A stretch of 64,000 bases of DNA, taken from NCBI RefSeq assembly GCF_009914755.1, contig NC_060930.1; one strand, given 5' to 3'. Shown in pieces: positions 44,694-60,110 of this stretch. The notes under the pieces are model-generated. The model worked only from the letters and a program-made list of their open reading frames with translations, had not been told where the DNA came from and searched no databases. Every line of letters begins with the position of its first letter. The stretch's first letter is position 1. Both the position numbers and the translations under genes were made by a program. Origin of the DNA: the human T2T-CHM13v2.0 reference genome, Homo sapiens.

Positions 44694-46079
44694 TAGAAGC
44701 ATTTTCTAACTTCTCAAGGGGCCAACCGAAGTTTACTTTCATTGTTCTTCTGTACGTGTGCCTGGTTTCCTAAAGCCCTTTGCTTGGGAACAGCTCACTC
44801 AGTGAGGCTGCCTGGGGTGTTGCAGCCTCAGGTGTTGGTGGTGTAGGGTTTTCTGTGCTTGCCCTTCTGCCACAACCTCTGCAGTTTCTCATTTCCTGCT
44901 CTGCTCCCTGGGTCCCAGGTACTGGTCGCTCATTTGGCTTTATTGCCTATGAGAGGCTTGGGCAGGTGGCATTGCAACACCTCTGCCTTTGTTTCTTCCT
45001 TCTTCCCATGAGGGCTGGGAGAACAGGAGGGAGAGAAGGCAGAGGGGAGCACGGGTGCTGATCGCCCATTAATTTAAACACAGAGAAGGGTAACTGGAAA
45101 CAGGCTTCCTTTCTGCCCCTACAAAGCCTCTTTCCTCCTCTTTTCTGCTGCAGGCCCTTAATTCCTCTTTCTTGCTTAGGTTCTATATCTTATGGGATTT
45201 TTTACTTTAGGTATATAGGGACTCTCTCAAAATGTTTCTATAGGCTGGTCTGGAAAACTAATTGCTGTTTATGATATTGTTTCTATGTGAAGCTGTCTTA
45301 TGAGATCCAGATAAATTGCAAACACTCCTTAGGAATATGAACCATCTGCAAGTTTTGGTAAGTAAACATATCCTTCGTTTTTGGGTCTTTTTAAGTTTGT
45401 CTGCACTTCATTTTGGAGTCTAGAGTTGTGACATGTAGTTTTAAAGATATCAGAGGGCACAAAGTGTATTCTTTCCTGGCATTAAATCTCATTTGCCACC
45501 TCCCCGCACTTCTAAGATCTCTACGTTTTCCTTTCCATGGGTGTCTTTCAGAGGATCATATTTTGGTCTTTGGATAATTCTGCTTTCGGAATACAGCATG
45601 TGGCTGGGGACTTGCTTTAAAGTGCTATGCAGAGTTTTCTCCTTTTAGAGTGCATTATTTTTCCCCCTTGGTTGACTTCACTAAATACTGCAAACCCAAG
45701 AAGAGTCCCATGGTTGCAGATCTGGTATTGATTATCATTAATTCTTCTCTTTATGACTTTGCCACTTAAATACACGTTTAGAAACAAACTAAATAAACAT
45801 TAAATGGCATAACTAGATTTTGGACTTGGGTGGTCCAGTGAGTTTCAACATATGCTTAGCTTTGAAAGGTGGTTATAAAAACACTCCATTTAACTACCCC
45901 ATTAAATGATTGGGATATATTTTTAAAGATTTTTAAATGTATGAGTTCAGATATTTTTAAAAAGAAAGTTGGAATTATTTATAATTTATTGTCATACAAA
46001 TTAGCTGAAAAGGGAAAGTAAATTTTGCTTATATGGATGCTTAGTCTCTGTGTTTCAGTTTGGCTGGTTGATTGATTGG

Positions 46080-46215
46080 TCTCTAGCTGTGTGGCTTTGG
46101 TGAAGTCACTCAACTCTCTGAGCTTTGGTCTCTTCAGTTGTAACAGAGAATATTTCCCAGTTGATTCCCAGGCTCTGTCCCACTTTGGAAATGCTAGAAC
46201 TCTGCAATTCTGTGA
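46080..46215 (+). mobile_element. MIR fragment
   Basis: TAGCTGTGTGGCTTTGGTGAAGTCACTCAACTCTCTGAGCTTTGG. Confidence 0.65.
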
Positions 46216-48036
46216 ATTTAAAAGTTGATATTTAAAATAATCATGTGAAGCAGAAGGTATACTGTCTACTTAGCCATGGAAGTGGGGAGATGGCAAGTTC
46301 TGGAATGATCAAAAAAGGTTTAGGAATAGTGTATGATCCTGAGCCTTGTCTCCAAAGTCAATCCTTTTTTGTTGCCCTGTTTATTGAACTGTACGTACGG
46401 TTGGGACAATAGATGGGGCATCTGGAAAAAATATTAAAAAAAAAAATGTATGGGCAGAGACGATGCCTCAGGACCTTAAATGTGCTGTCATACAGTGTTC
46501 AGTGATGTTGCTGTTAAATGCAGTGCTCTGTGACTCAGCCCTATTAGAAGCATTTTGGATTTGGCCCAATGGTGTTTTGGCGGTTTTTGGATTATGTGTT
46601 AGGAGTCAGAGCGTCTAGAGTAATTCTTGGCATTGGATCATCATGGCGGACAGGAAGCAGGACTAGATTGCAGCTCCAGACAGAGCAGCTTGCGGAAACT
46701 TGCACTACGAATTTTAGCTGCAGATCGACTGCAAGAAAAAACCAGCAATCCCGAGAGGACCCACAGACCCTCTGAAGGAAGTGGACTGCTCCTGCAGGAG
46801 TCAGGAGACACCCTAAATACTGTGAGTGCTCTAACTGTGGAAGTGGGAAAGGGAGACCCTCCTCTCCTAAACACACCCCCGCTGGAGCTGAAGGTCTGTT
46901 TGTGGGAGAAGTTTCTGACTTTACCTGCAGCTGAGTCACTTTAGAGAACTGAGTGAAATACAGGGGTAGAGGAAGCAGCAGAAAGGCCCTGGGAGCTCAC
47001 TGTATCCCTTAGCAGGCCATTCCTGCCTGGCATCACAGAGATCCATTGGGAGGGTGACCAGAGGAGCAGCAGGTAAAACTCCACAGGGAGAAGGAACTCT
47101 CCGAGCTGAACTTTGTAACAATTTGAACAGGACCAGAAGCCTGGTCAGAACTTGGGGGAGGGTGCAAAACTAGTGTGTAGACACCACAGGCGGGGGAAGA
47201 ACCAAGCTTTTTCTTTTGCAGCTGGGAGGTAGGTAGCCCAGGGCAAGTTTTCAAGCCCATCCTGCCCTGCGCCTGGAAACAGACTCGGGGCTGTTTCCAG
47301 ATATCAGGGCAGGGGGCATGATGGGAGTGAGGCTGGCCCTTCACTTTGTGTGGGAGCTGGGTAAGACCTGTGACTGCCGGCTTTCCCCCACATTCCTGAC
47401 AACCTGCATGACTCAGCAGAGGGAGCCATGATCCTCCTAGGTACACAACTCCAGTGACCTGGGAATCTCATCCCCATCCCTCACAGCAGCCACAGCAAGA
47501 CCTGCCCAAGGAGAGTCTGAGCTTAGACACACCTAGCCCTGCCCCCGCCTGATGATCCTTCCCTACGCAGGTTGGTAGCAGAAGATAAAGGACATATAAG
47601 CTTGGGAGTTCTAGGGCTGGTCCCTCTCTATGCAACTATAGCTGATACTGTCTGGAAAGTGCCACCTGCCAGCAGGAGGCCAACCAGCAAAAAAACAGAG
47701 CATTAAACCACCACAGCTAAGGATCCCCATGGAGTCCATTGCACCCTCTACCACCTCCACTGGAACAGGCGCTGGTATCCACCGCTGAGAGACCCATAGA
47801 TGGTTCACATCACAAGACTCTGTGCAGACAACCCCCAGTACCAGCCCAGAGCCAGGTAGACTCGCTGGGTGGCTAGACCCATAAGAGAGACAACAATCCA
47901 CTGCAGTTTGGCTCACATGGAACCACATCCATAGGAAAAGGGGGAGAATACTACATCAAGGGAACACCCCGTGGGACAAAAGAATCTGAACAATAGCCTT
48001 CAGCCCTAGACCTTCCCTCTGACAGAGCCTACTCAA

Positions 48037-49000
48037 ATGAGAAGGAACCAGAAAGCCAACCTTGGTAATATAATAAAACAAGGCTCTTCAACACCCTCAA
48101 AAAAATCACACTAGTTCACCAGCAATGGATCCAAACCAAGAAGAAATCCTTAATTTACCTGAAAAAGAATTCAGGAGGTTAGTTATTAAGCTAATCAGGG
48201 AGGGGCTAGAGAAAGGGGAAGCCCAGTGCAAGGAAATCCAAAAAATGATACAAGTGAAGGGAGAAATATTCAAGGAAATAGATAGCTTAAAGAAAAAAAA
48301 AATCAAAAATTCAGGAAACTTTGACACACTTTTAGAAATGTGAAATGCTGTGGAAAGTCTCAGCAATAGAATTGAATAAGTAGAAGAAAGAAATTCAGAG
48401 CTCCAAGACAAGGTCTTCGAATTAACCCAATCTAACAAAGACAAAGAAAAAAGAATAAGAAAATACGAATAAAGTCTCCAAGAAGTCTGGGATTATGTTA
48501 AATCACTAAACTTAAGAATAATCGATGTTCCTAAGGAAGAAGAGAATTCTAAAAGCTTGGAAAACATATTTAGGGGAATAATTGAGGAAAACTTCCCCGG
48601 CCTTGCTAGAGACCTAGACATCCAAATACAAGAAGCACAAAGAACACCTGGAAAATTCGTTGCAAAAAGATCATTGCCTAGGCACATTGTCATCAGGTTA
48701 TCTAAAATTAAGACAAAGGAAAGAATCTTAAGAGCTGTGAGACAGAAGCACCAGGTAACCTGTAAAGGAAAACCTATCAGATTAACAGCAGATTTCTCAG
48801 CAGAAACCCTACAAGCTAGAAGGGATTGGGGCCCCATCTTCAGCCTCCTCAAACAAAACAATGACCAGCCAAGAATTTTGTATCCGGTGAAACTTAGCAT
48901 CATATATGAAGGAAAGATATAGTTGTTTTCAGACAAACAAATACTGAGAGAATTCGCCATTACCAAGTCACAACTAAACTGCTAAAAGGAGCTCTAAATC
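48037..49000 (+). pseudogene. L1 ORF1p remnant (stops and frameshifts)
   Basis: Fragments EENFPGLARDLDIQIQEAQRTP, PRHIVIR, KGKPIRLTADFSAETLQARRDWGPIF. Confidence 0.9.
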
Positions 49001-50980
49001 TTGAAACAAATCCTGGAAACACATCAAAACAGAACCGCTTTAAAGCATAAATCACACAGGACCTATAAAACAAAAATACATGTTAAAAAGTAAAAACAAA
49101 GAACAAAAAAGCCAAGTACACAGGCAACAAAAAGCACGATGAATGCAAGGGTACCCCACATTTCAATACTGACATTGAATGTAAATGTCCTAAATGCTCC
49201 ACTTAAAGATACAGAACCCCAGAATAGATAAGAACTCACCAACCAACTTTCTGCTGCCTTTAGGAGATTCACACAACACATAAGGACTCATACAAACTTA
49301 AAGTAAAGGGGTGAAAAAAGGCATGTCATGCAAATGGACACCGAAAGTGAGCAGGGGTAGCTATTTTTACATCAGACAAAACAAATTTTAAAGCAACAGC
49401 AGTTAAAAGAGGCAAAGAGGGACATTATATAATGATAAAAGGCCTTGTCCAACAGGAAAATATCACAATCCTAAACATATATGCACCTAATACTGGAGTT
49501 TCCAAATTTATGAAACAATTACTAATAGACCTAAGAATGAGATAGACAGCAACACAGTAATAGTGGGGGGCTTCAGTATTCCACTGATAGCACTAGACAA
49601 GTCATCAAGACAGAAAGTCAACAAAGAAAGAATGGATTTAAGCTATACCTTGGAACAAATGAACTTAACAGATATTTACAGAACATTTCATCTGGCAACC
49701 GCAGAATACACATTTTATTCAACATCGCATGGGATTTTCTCCAAGACAGATCATATGATAGGCCACAAAACAAGCCTAAATAAATTTAAGAAAATTGAAA
49801 CTATATCAAGCACTCTCTCAGACCACAGTGGAATAAAACTAGAAATCAACTCCAAAAGGAACCTTCAAAACCATGCAAATACATGGAAATTAAATAACCT
49901 GCTCCTGAATGAGCATTGGGTCAAAAACGAAATCAAGATGGAAATTTAAAAATTCTTCAAACTGAATGACAATAATGACACAACCTATCGAAACCTCTGT
50001 GATACAGCAAAGGCGGTGCTAAGAGGAAAGTTCATAGCCCTAAGTGCCACATCAAAAAGATTGAAAGAGTACAAACTGACATGCTAACGTCACACCTCAA
50101 GCAACTAGAGAAACAAGAACAAACCAAACCCAAACCCAGCAGAAGAAAGGAAATTACCAAGATCAGAGCAGAACTAAATGAAACTGAAACAAACAAACAA
50201 AAAATGCAAAAGATAAATAAAACAAAAAGCTGGTTCTTTGAAAAGATAAATAAAATTGATAGAACAGCAAAATTAACCAAGAATAGAGAAAATCCAAATA
50301 ACTACACTAAGAAACGAAACAGGAGATATTACAACTGACACCACTGAAATACAAAAGATCATTCAAGGCTACTATGAACACCTCGACACACATAAACTAG
50401 TAAACCTAGGAGAGATGGGCAAATTCCTGGAAAAATACAACCCTCCTAGCTTAAATCAGGAAGAATTAGATACCCTGAACAGACCAATAACAAGCAGCGA
50501 GATTGAAATGGTAATTAAAAGATTACCAACAAAAAAAAAGTCCAGGACCAGACGGATTCAGAGCAGAATTCTATCAGACATTCAAAGAAGAATTGGTACC
50601 AATCCTTTTGACACTATTCCACAAGATAGAGAAAGAAGGAACCTTCCCTAATTCATTTTATGAAGCTAACATCACCCTAATACCAAAACCAGGAAAGGTC
50701 ATAATCATAAAAGAAAACTGCAGACCGATATCCTTGATGAACATTGATGTTAAAATTCTTAACAAAATACTAGCTAACTGAATCCAACAACATATCAAAA
50801 AGATAATTCACCATGATCCAAGTGGGTTTCATACCAAGGGTACAGGGAAGGTTTATATATCCAAGTCAATAAATGAGATATACCACATAAACAGAATTAA
50901 AAACAACAATCACATGATCATCTCAATAGATGCAGAAAAAGCATTTGACAAAATCCAGCATCCTTTATGATTAAAACTCA

Positions 50981-51278
50981 GGCCAAGCACGGTGGCTCAC
51001 GCCTGTAATCCCAGCACTTTGGGAGGCTGAGGTGAGCAGATCACCAGGTCAGGAGTTCGAGACCAGTCTGGCCAACATAGTGAAACCCCACCTCTACTAA
51101 AAAGACAAAAAATTAGCCAGGTGTGATGGCGTGTGCCTGTAATCCCAGCTACTCAGGAGGCTGAGGCAGGGGAATCGCGTGAACTCGGGAGGCAGAGGTT
51201 GCAGTGAACCAAGATTGCACCACTGCACTCCAGCCTGGGCAACAGTGCGAGATTCTGTCTCAAACAAACAAACAAACA
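50981..51278 (+). mobile_element. Alu (AluSg-type) inside L1 ORF2
   Basis: L1 sequence resumes at AACTCTCAGCAAAA. Confidence 0.95.
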
Positions 51279-51608
51279 ACTCTCAGCAAAATCGCTCATA
51301 CAAAGGACATACCGTAATGTAATAGAAGCCATCATGACAAACCAATAGCCAGTATAATACTGAATGGGGAAGAGTTGAAAGCATTCACTCTGAGAACTGG
51401 AACAAGACAAAAATGCCCACTCTCACCACTCCTCTTCACCATAGGAAGTCCTAGCCAGAGCAATCAGACAAGAGAAAGAAATAAAGGGTATCCAAATTGG
51501 TGAAGAGGAAGTCAAACTGTCACTGTTTGCTGACGATATGATCATTTACCTTGAAAACCCTAAGGACTCCTCTGGAAAGCTCCTGAAACTGATAAAAGAA
51601 TTCAGCAA

Positions 51609-51893
51609 GGCCTGGCGCGGTGGTTCACGCCTATAATCCCAGCACTTTGGGAGGCCGAGGTGGGTGGATCACGAGGTCAAGAGGTTGAGAACATCCTTGC
51701 CAACATGGTGGAACCCAAAATGCAAAAATTAGCTGGGTGTGGTGGCGTGCACCTGTAGTCTCAGCTACTCAGGAGGCTGAGGCAGGAGAATCACTTGAAC
51801 CCTGGAGGCAAAGGTTGCATGAGCCTAAATTGAGCCACTGCACTTCAGCCTGGGGACAGAGTAAGGCTCTGTCTAAAAAAAAAAAAAAAAAAA
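51609..51893 (+). mobile_element. Alu (AluSc-like) inside L1 ORF2
   Basis: TSD AATTCAGCAA. Confidence 0.95.
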
Positions 51894-52316
51894 ATTCAGC
51901 AAAGTTTCTGGATATAAGATTAATGTACACAGATCAGTAGCAACCAAGCAGAGAATCAAATCAAGAACTCAACCCCTTTTACAATAGCTGCAAAAAAAAC
52001 AAAAAAACAAAACCTTAGGAATGTACCTGACCAAGGAGTTGAAAGACCTCTACAAGGAAAACTACAAAACACTGCTGAAAGAAATCATACACAATACAAA
52101 CAAATGGAAACACATCCCATGCTCATGGATGGGTAGAATCAATATTGTGAAATGACCGTATTGCCAAAAGCAATCTACAAATTCACCGCAATCTCCATCA
52201 AAATACCACCATCACAGAATTCTTCACAGAATTAGAAAAAACAATTGTAAAATTCATATGGAACCAAGTAAGAGCACGCATAGCCAAAGCAACACTAAGC
52301 AAAAAGAACAAATCTG

Positions 52317-52649
<333 letters not shown>

Positions 52650-54163
52650 CTACCTGATTTCAAACTATACTATAAGGCCATAGTCACTAAAACAACAACA
52701 TGGTACTGGTATAAAAATAGGCACATAGACCAATGGAAGAAAATAGAGAACCCAGAAATAAACACAAATACTTACAGCCAACTGATCTTTGACAAAGCAA
52801 ACAAAAACATAAAGTGGGGAAAGGACACCCTTTTCAACAAATGGTGCTGGCATAATTGACTAGCCACATGCAGGAGAAGGAACTGGATTCTCATCTCTCA
52901 CCCTACACAAAAATCAGCTCAAGATGGATCAAGAACTTAAACCTAAGATCTGAAACTACAGAAATTCTAGAAGATAACACTGGAAAAACCCTTCTAGATG
53001 TTGGCTTAGGCAAGGATTTCATGACCAAGAACCCAAAAGCAAATGCAATAAAGACAAAGATAAATAGCTGGGACCTAATTAAACTAAAGAGCTTTTGCAC
53101 GGCAAAAGGAACAGTCAGCAGAGTAAACAGACAACCCACAAAGTGGGAGAAAATCTTCACAATCTGTACATCTGACAAAACACCTAATATCTAGAATCTA
53201 CAATGAACTCAAATCGGTAAGAAGAAAACAAACAATACCATAAAAAAGTGGGCTAAGGACATGAATAGACAAGTCTCAAAAGAAGATGTACAAATGGCCA
53301 ACAAACATATGAAAAAATGCTAAAAGTCCCTAATGATCAGGGAAATGCAAATCAAAATCACAATGTGATACCATCTTACTCCTGCAAGAATGGACATAAT
53401 CAAAAAAATAAAAAAAACAGTATAGATGTTGGTGTGGATGCGGTGAACAGGGAACATTTCTACATTGCTGGTGAGAATGTAAACAAATACAGCCACTATG
53501 GAAAACAGTGTGAAGATTCCTTAAATAACTAAAAGTAGAGCTACCATTAGATCCAGCAATCCCACTACTGGGTATCTACCAAGAGGAAAAGAAGTCACTA
53601 TTCGAAAAAGATACTTGCACACGAATGTTTCTAATGGCAGAATTCATAATAGCAAAATCATGGAACCAACCCAAATGCCCATCAATCAATGAGTGGATAA
53701 AGAAACTGTGGTATATATATACAATGGAATGCTATGTAGCATTTGCAGTGACCTGGATGAGATTGGAGACTATTATTCCAAGGGAAGTAACTCAGGAATG
53801 GAAAACCAAACATCGTCTGTTCTCACTGATACGTGGGCGTTAAACTATGAGGACGTAAAGGCATAAAAATGATACAAAGGACTTTGGGGAATTGGGGGGA
53901 AGAGTGGGAGGAGGGTGAGAGATAAAAGACTAAAAATATGGTGCAATGTATACTGCTTGGGTGATATGTGCACCAAAATCTCACAAATCACCACTAAAGA
54001 ACTTACTCATGTAACCAAATACTACCTGTACCCCATTAACTTATGGAAAAAAAAATAGAGTAATTATTTCACTCCTGTAAGTTGACATTTTGCATGTAAC
54101 TCCCCAGGACGGAGAGAGAGTACTTTTCCTTTTCATTTTTGTTTCTTTTATGTCTTTTCATGA

Positions 54164-54816
<653 letters not shown>

Positions 54817-55873
54817 AATCCATTGTATTTTGTGATCCATTTCCCCACAGCAAAGAGTTTTTTGGGGGTGATTAGTTGTCCTAGGTTACTTCCATTGAGG
54901 GTTCTTAACTGGTTTCCTTGAGTAAGAATTAGAGATTAGGTGGTGATCTCATGAAACCACTGTAGAGGGGGTGGTTATACAGAGAACAAATATATTAAAT
55001 GTTAAAGAAACTTGGCACTTGAACTTAAGTGTTCTCAAAATCAGACCTTGACTGTTATTTAAGTCTGGTTCCTGCAAGCAGAGCCTGGGGCAAGCCATTT
55101 GGACTTGTCACAGAGGTAGCCTTTGGGCAGATGCTAATGGCACATGAAGAAAGAGTGACCACAGTGTTTTATGTAGGTTCCTTTGATCATTCTTAACTGG
55201 TTTTTAATATTATACCAACATTTAATCAGAAACCAACATAGTTCTCAGTACTCTAACTCTGGGAATCATCTCTATATCCCAGCCCCAAAACCTACAGTGG
55301 AAGATTGGCTGTTTTGTCAATATCTCATGTAAGAAACTCTTCCTTTGAGAAAAACTATAGCAGTGAGGACTTAGGATTTCTTCGTGTTTATCCCAGAATG
55401 CTGAGGGAATTCAGGAATCATATCTTTCAGTATCTCAGAACCCTACACAGTGCCCGTCTTTTTAGTGTGGTTTTTCAGTTGGATTGCGTTTCTGAGGCCC
55501 CTGTAGGAATCTTCCTTTGGAATCTTTATAAACCAGATAGAATCTAATTGGTGAGAGAAGCCAGAGAATCCAATAAACCTTGTCCCTTCTCTCTTACTGT
55601 ACTATATCCATCTATACCTATTTTTTAGGTTTAAGTTGTTTTAAACTCTAAAGGTAGAGTAAACATTAAATTGTATGTTTTACTGTTCACATTTAGCAAT
55701 GGTAAATTGCTAAGAGAATTAAAAAAATAAGAAACCCTACCTTTCAGTAATAGGCTGGTGAAGTATCATTAAATCCTTAGAAATCAAAAAGAAATGGGCA
55801 AAATTCAAGATATTGTGAGTACCTTGTTAGGATAATCGTGGTAGAGACTTCTGTCTGCCTATATCTATCCCGA

Positions 55874-56225
<352 letters not shown>

Positions 56226-58951
56226 TAAGAAACATGGATTTTTTTTTTTACTGTCTCCACTTAGAACTTTGTTGTTCAGGTCTTTTTCTATGAGTTCCAT
56301 AGCAATATTTTGGCCATGATTCTTGCTTGGACTTGATATTTTTAGGCTTCGTGAGGATTTATCATTCTATCGTCTAGGCATCCTGCCTTCTGATCATTCT
56401 CCTTGTTGCTTCCATGCTGGAAGTGATGCTAGAGGCACAGGTCTGTGCAATTACTTCTACACCGTAGGTACCTGGGGTGCTTAATGGCAGAGACTGTATT
56501 TGTCAGTTGGTGGTTTAGACAAGTTACAGGTAAAACACTATGAAAGCCTCTGTCTAGATTCTTATCTCTCTTTCTCTAGCAGAATCAAACAGACAGAAAT
56601 GAAGTTGAATGCTGGGAAGTCTTTGTTTAAAAAAGTGGTTGCTGTTGTCTAGAATCACAGAGACACTCAGAAGGAATTGGGACTGGATGTGGAGGAAAGA
56701 CATCATAAAACTTTACATTGAAAGCCAAAGATGTGAAGTTAGGCCTAGTCAAGTGTTAATTCTGAAAGATCAAAACACATCATCCTGGACTGTGAAGGTG
56801 TGCCTTCTGTAAGTTAAATGGAATGAGATCTTCTTCAGTGCACCTGATGTCTTGGGAAGGGTGAGTTGAGGCGTGGTGGATGTGAAACATGATCTCATTA
56901 TAAATGTTCCCATTTGTTTTATGTGTTCAGTTTGTTTTGTGCTATCTAGATAGGAAATCTAAAGGCTGAGAAAATGTCTGCTGTAGACATGGCAGTGATT
57001 CTTTGATACTAAATAGTTGGAGGGGAGCCGAGTGATTGCGTGACTTATTTTTAGACAATATAGGGACTCCCTTGCAAAGGGAGGAGTTGGGAAGAATAGA
57101 CGTGTTAGGAACCAGGTTAGCCTGGAGATTTCTCTGGTTACCTGAAGCTGGAAAAATATTGGAAGAAGAAATTATTCAATGAGAACTCATGCAGACCTGA
57201 GTCTCCAGTTATGCCTAAGTGGCCATGTCAGATCTGTGAACCTCTCTGCTGGCTTCTTAACAAACCCATATTTTTACAAGGAAGATGATCTGGGTTAGAG
57301 GAATTATTAATTATATTTCAGCTCACAAATTCCTCTTTACTATCACCCCTTTAGCCCCATGTAAACTCTGTTAGGGTTTGGTTAAGTGTAGAAACTGATA
57401 TGTAAGCAAGAGTAAGAAGATGAAGTCACTTATCTGGAAATTTCTTTAAACCTTTAATTATTGTAAACAAAAGATCTGGTCTCTTTGGAGCTGGTAGTAA
57501 TGTCTTAGTTTTGTGGCTGTTAGTTTTTTGACTCTATCAGATTGAGTCATTGTTTTATTTGAAGATCTAGAATAACATCATCTACAAAGAAATGATTACA
57601 GTAATTGATCTTGATACTGCCTCCTCCTAGTTGTATTTATATAATTATCTAAAAGGGTTTTTAATAGAATTACTGCAACAAGCCTGAAAAAGTCTGTGCT
57701 AAGTGGTAACACCTTGAAACAGGATCAATATGATCCCGCCTTCAAGGGGCTTTTGGATTTGTCTAGCCTACTATATGGCTGAGTACTAGACTCAGTTATC
57801 CCATTCCTCAGCAAAAGAAACTACAGAAGTTTGAGGGAATATCAGACTCTTGGCACACAATTGACATTTAGTAAACACTTGATAGGCAGTTGGTAGTGGG
57901 TGGCAGCATTCACAGATGAATTCTGAAGTAGATGGTGAATGATGCTGAGATTTTCTTTACCAGTCCTGGTGACACTGCCTGAGCTCACATGATAAGATCC
58001 TGGTAGAGTAGCATTTATTCTTCTTTTGCAGACTCAGCTAAGAGGACTTTGCAGTTGAGGCTGAATCTTGATCCATGTAGTCCATTCCCGATGGTGCTAT
58101 TTAGAAGGCCTTTTGTTGTCTGAGCAGAGTTGTCTTCCTGGCCTTACTACTGAATCTTGGCAAAGGATCAATGGGTAAGCCCCATCCTCCAAAGATCTCA
58201 TATAACATAACTGGTATCAGGACACTGATTACATGCAAGCAGTTCCCACATGAAGAGCTTTAAAATTGAGATTTTTCTTTGAAATTTAAAAGAAGGTGGA
58301 ATAAAAATGTGCTTGCTTTCCAACATAGATCGATTAGCTGGCACGGAGAGAACACCGGCCTTTGAAATCTATAGGCATCCTGTTGCAGGCCTGACCCAGC
58401 TGACCCTGGGAGATTAGTAATGGTCTGTGCAGCCTGCTCTGTCAGCAAGTCTGGCAGGGTGTGCACAGATGGTGCCAGTTGGAGAAAATCACTGCCGAAC
58501 AGTGCACTAAAGCCTCTGCCTTGGCCATTCTGCCTTGGAGGAGGAGCCGAGAGTGAGACTGGGTGGTTTACAGACGTGTTCCTGCCAAATGCCTTGGAAG
58601 AGACCTCAGAGGATACCAGTCCGGGTTTAGGATGCATTTGCTGATTATTACTTAAGTAATGTTTTCTTGTCATAGCTTAGGCCTTCCTGAGTTGTTGGGC
58701 ATCTGGGATTTTTACAGGGTCTGTGGCCTTGGGGTTGTTCTGAAAGGGAATTTGAAATGAGAACTGATCTCATTCCAAGGAGTCAAGCATAATGCAATAC
58801 TTGTTTTCCTAGAGTCAATCAGCCTAGGGAAAATGCGAGTAGGCTGGAAGCGGGGAGGAGGAGGAGTCTGAGAGTTTGAGTAATCAACTTAACCCAGGGG
58901 TAAAAAGAATTTTATTATAGAAAGCAGCACACATGACCTCTGTCCTTCCAG

Positions 58952-59130
58952 CTGCCACCAGTTTCTGGGTTGTCGAGTGATACCCTGAAAGTTTACAGTC
59001 AACACTCCTTGTGTGGGGTCAGTCCTAGAAATGGCGACGCTGCTCTCCGAAGATAGGAAAGAAAAGGACCTCATTCCATTGAGCCATTGACCGAAATATT
59101 TTCTCAACAAAGTTGAACTGAGCTGAAACT
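58952..59130 (+). ncRNA. CASC15: Candidate internal exon (179 bp) of a plus-strand non-coding transcript, tentatively the lncRNA CASC15
   Basis: Acceptor ATGACCTCTGTCCTTCCAG|C and donor ACT|GTAAGC flank unique, CpG-retaining sequence with no frame recognisable as protein. The gene name is recalled from memory of the transcript sequence, not from a search. Confidence 0.45.
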
Positions 59131-59854
59131 GTAAGCCTGTTCTTCCTAATTAGACATTTTATTCTTTGAAAATTCTACTTGGAGTTGCGTTGAAAAGTCA
59201 AAGTTGAGGAAATGCATCTTTCTAAAATACTTCCCTCTGAGCTGTATTTCAACAGGTTGAGGACAGGCTGAAAAAATATTAATGTTGAATGAAAGATGTG
59301 AGGGTGTCTGGGTGTCTGTAATTACAGAGGGTAACTGAATCAGTGAGTGGACTTTTCCCATTCCCAACTTTTTTGGTATTCTTCCTGCCACAACTTTGTC
59401 TTTTAAGTCTCCATCCAGGTTAGTTCTGGCTTTGTAGTTCGTTACTGTTTAACAGACTTGTTTGATTCCTTTTGTGTTGTTTTATGAACTGTGGTGTTGT
59501 TTCACTCTGGAAGAATTTTCCTTGGAGATGCTGCTGCTGTGAAATGAGAACTTCTCTTTTGGGTTTTTGAATGACCACCCCCACCCAAAGATACAAAGAA
59601 ACCTATCGTGTTCAGTGCACTCTAGTGCTTTTGAAATTGGTGTATGGGAGCATGCTCTGGAGGGAGAGCTGAGAGAATGAACAGGGCATTTGCCAACCTC
59701 ACACAGTGAGTGCAGACTGACACATACAGCAATACTTGCTGGAATCTGGAAGAGAGAGATAGAAAGCACACTTAAATCAGACAGAAGTGTAACTTTTCTT
59801 GTTTAATAGAGCATAGCTCAGGCATGATAGCTTTATTGACAAGATGGGAGGCCG

Positions 59855-60110
59855 AAGAAAGGAGATAAGTCAAGGATGACTCAAAGTATGAGTTAGGAGA
59901 AAGCAGTGGGTACTGAAATACTTTGGCAAGAGGAAGATGAGGAGTTCAGTTTTAAGTAGTTTGTTTTTGAAATGTCCATTAGGTCTTTGGATATCTGGGT
60001 CTGGGTTTGATCAGAGAGGTCTGGGATGGAGATAGTAATTTCAGAGTTGCTGACACACAGCTGGTGATGAAGCCACAAGAGTGAATAAGGTAGCACAGAG
60101 AACGAAGAGA
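59855..60110 (-). mobile_element. L2 fragment
   Basis: AAGTCAAGGATGACTC...GGAGTTCAGTTTT...GAGAGGTCTGGGATGGAGATA. Confidence 0.75.

Noticed and set aside
57779-57795. Small inverted repeat CTGAGT-ACTAG-ACTCAG
   Set aside because: A 6-bp stem is expected by chance.
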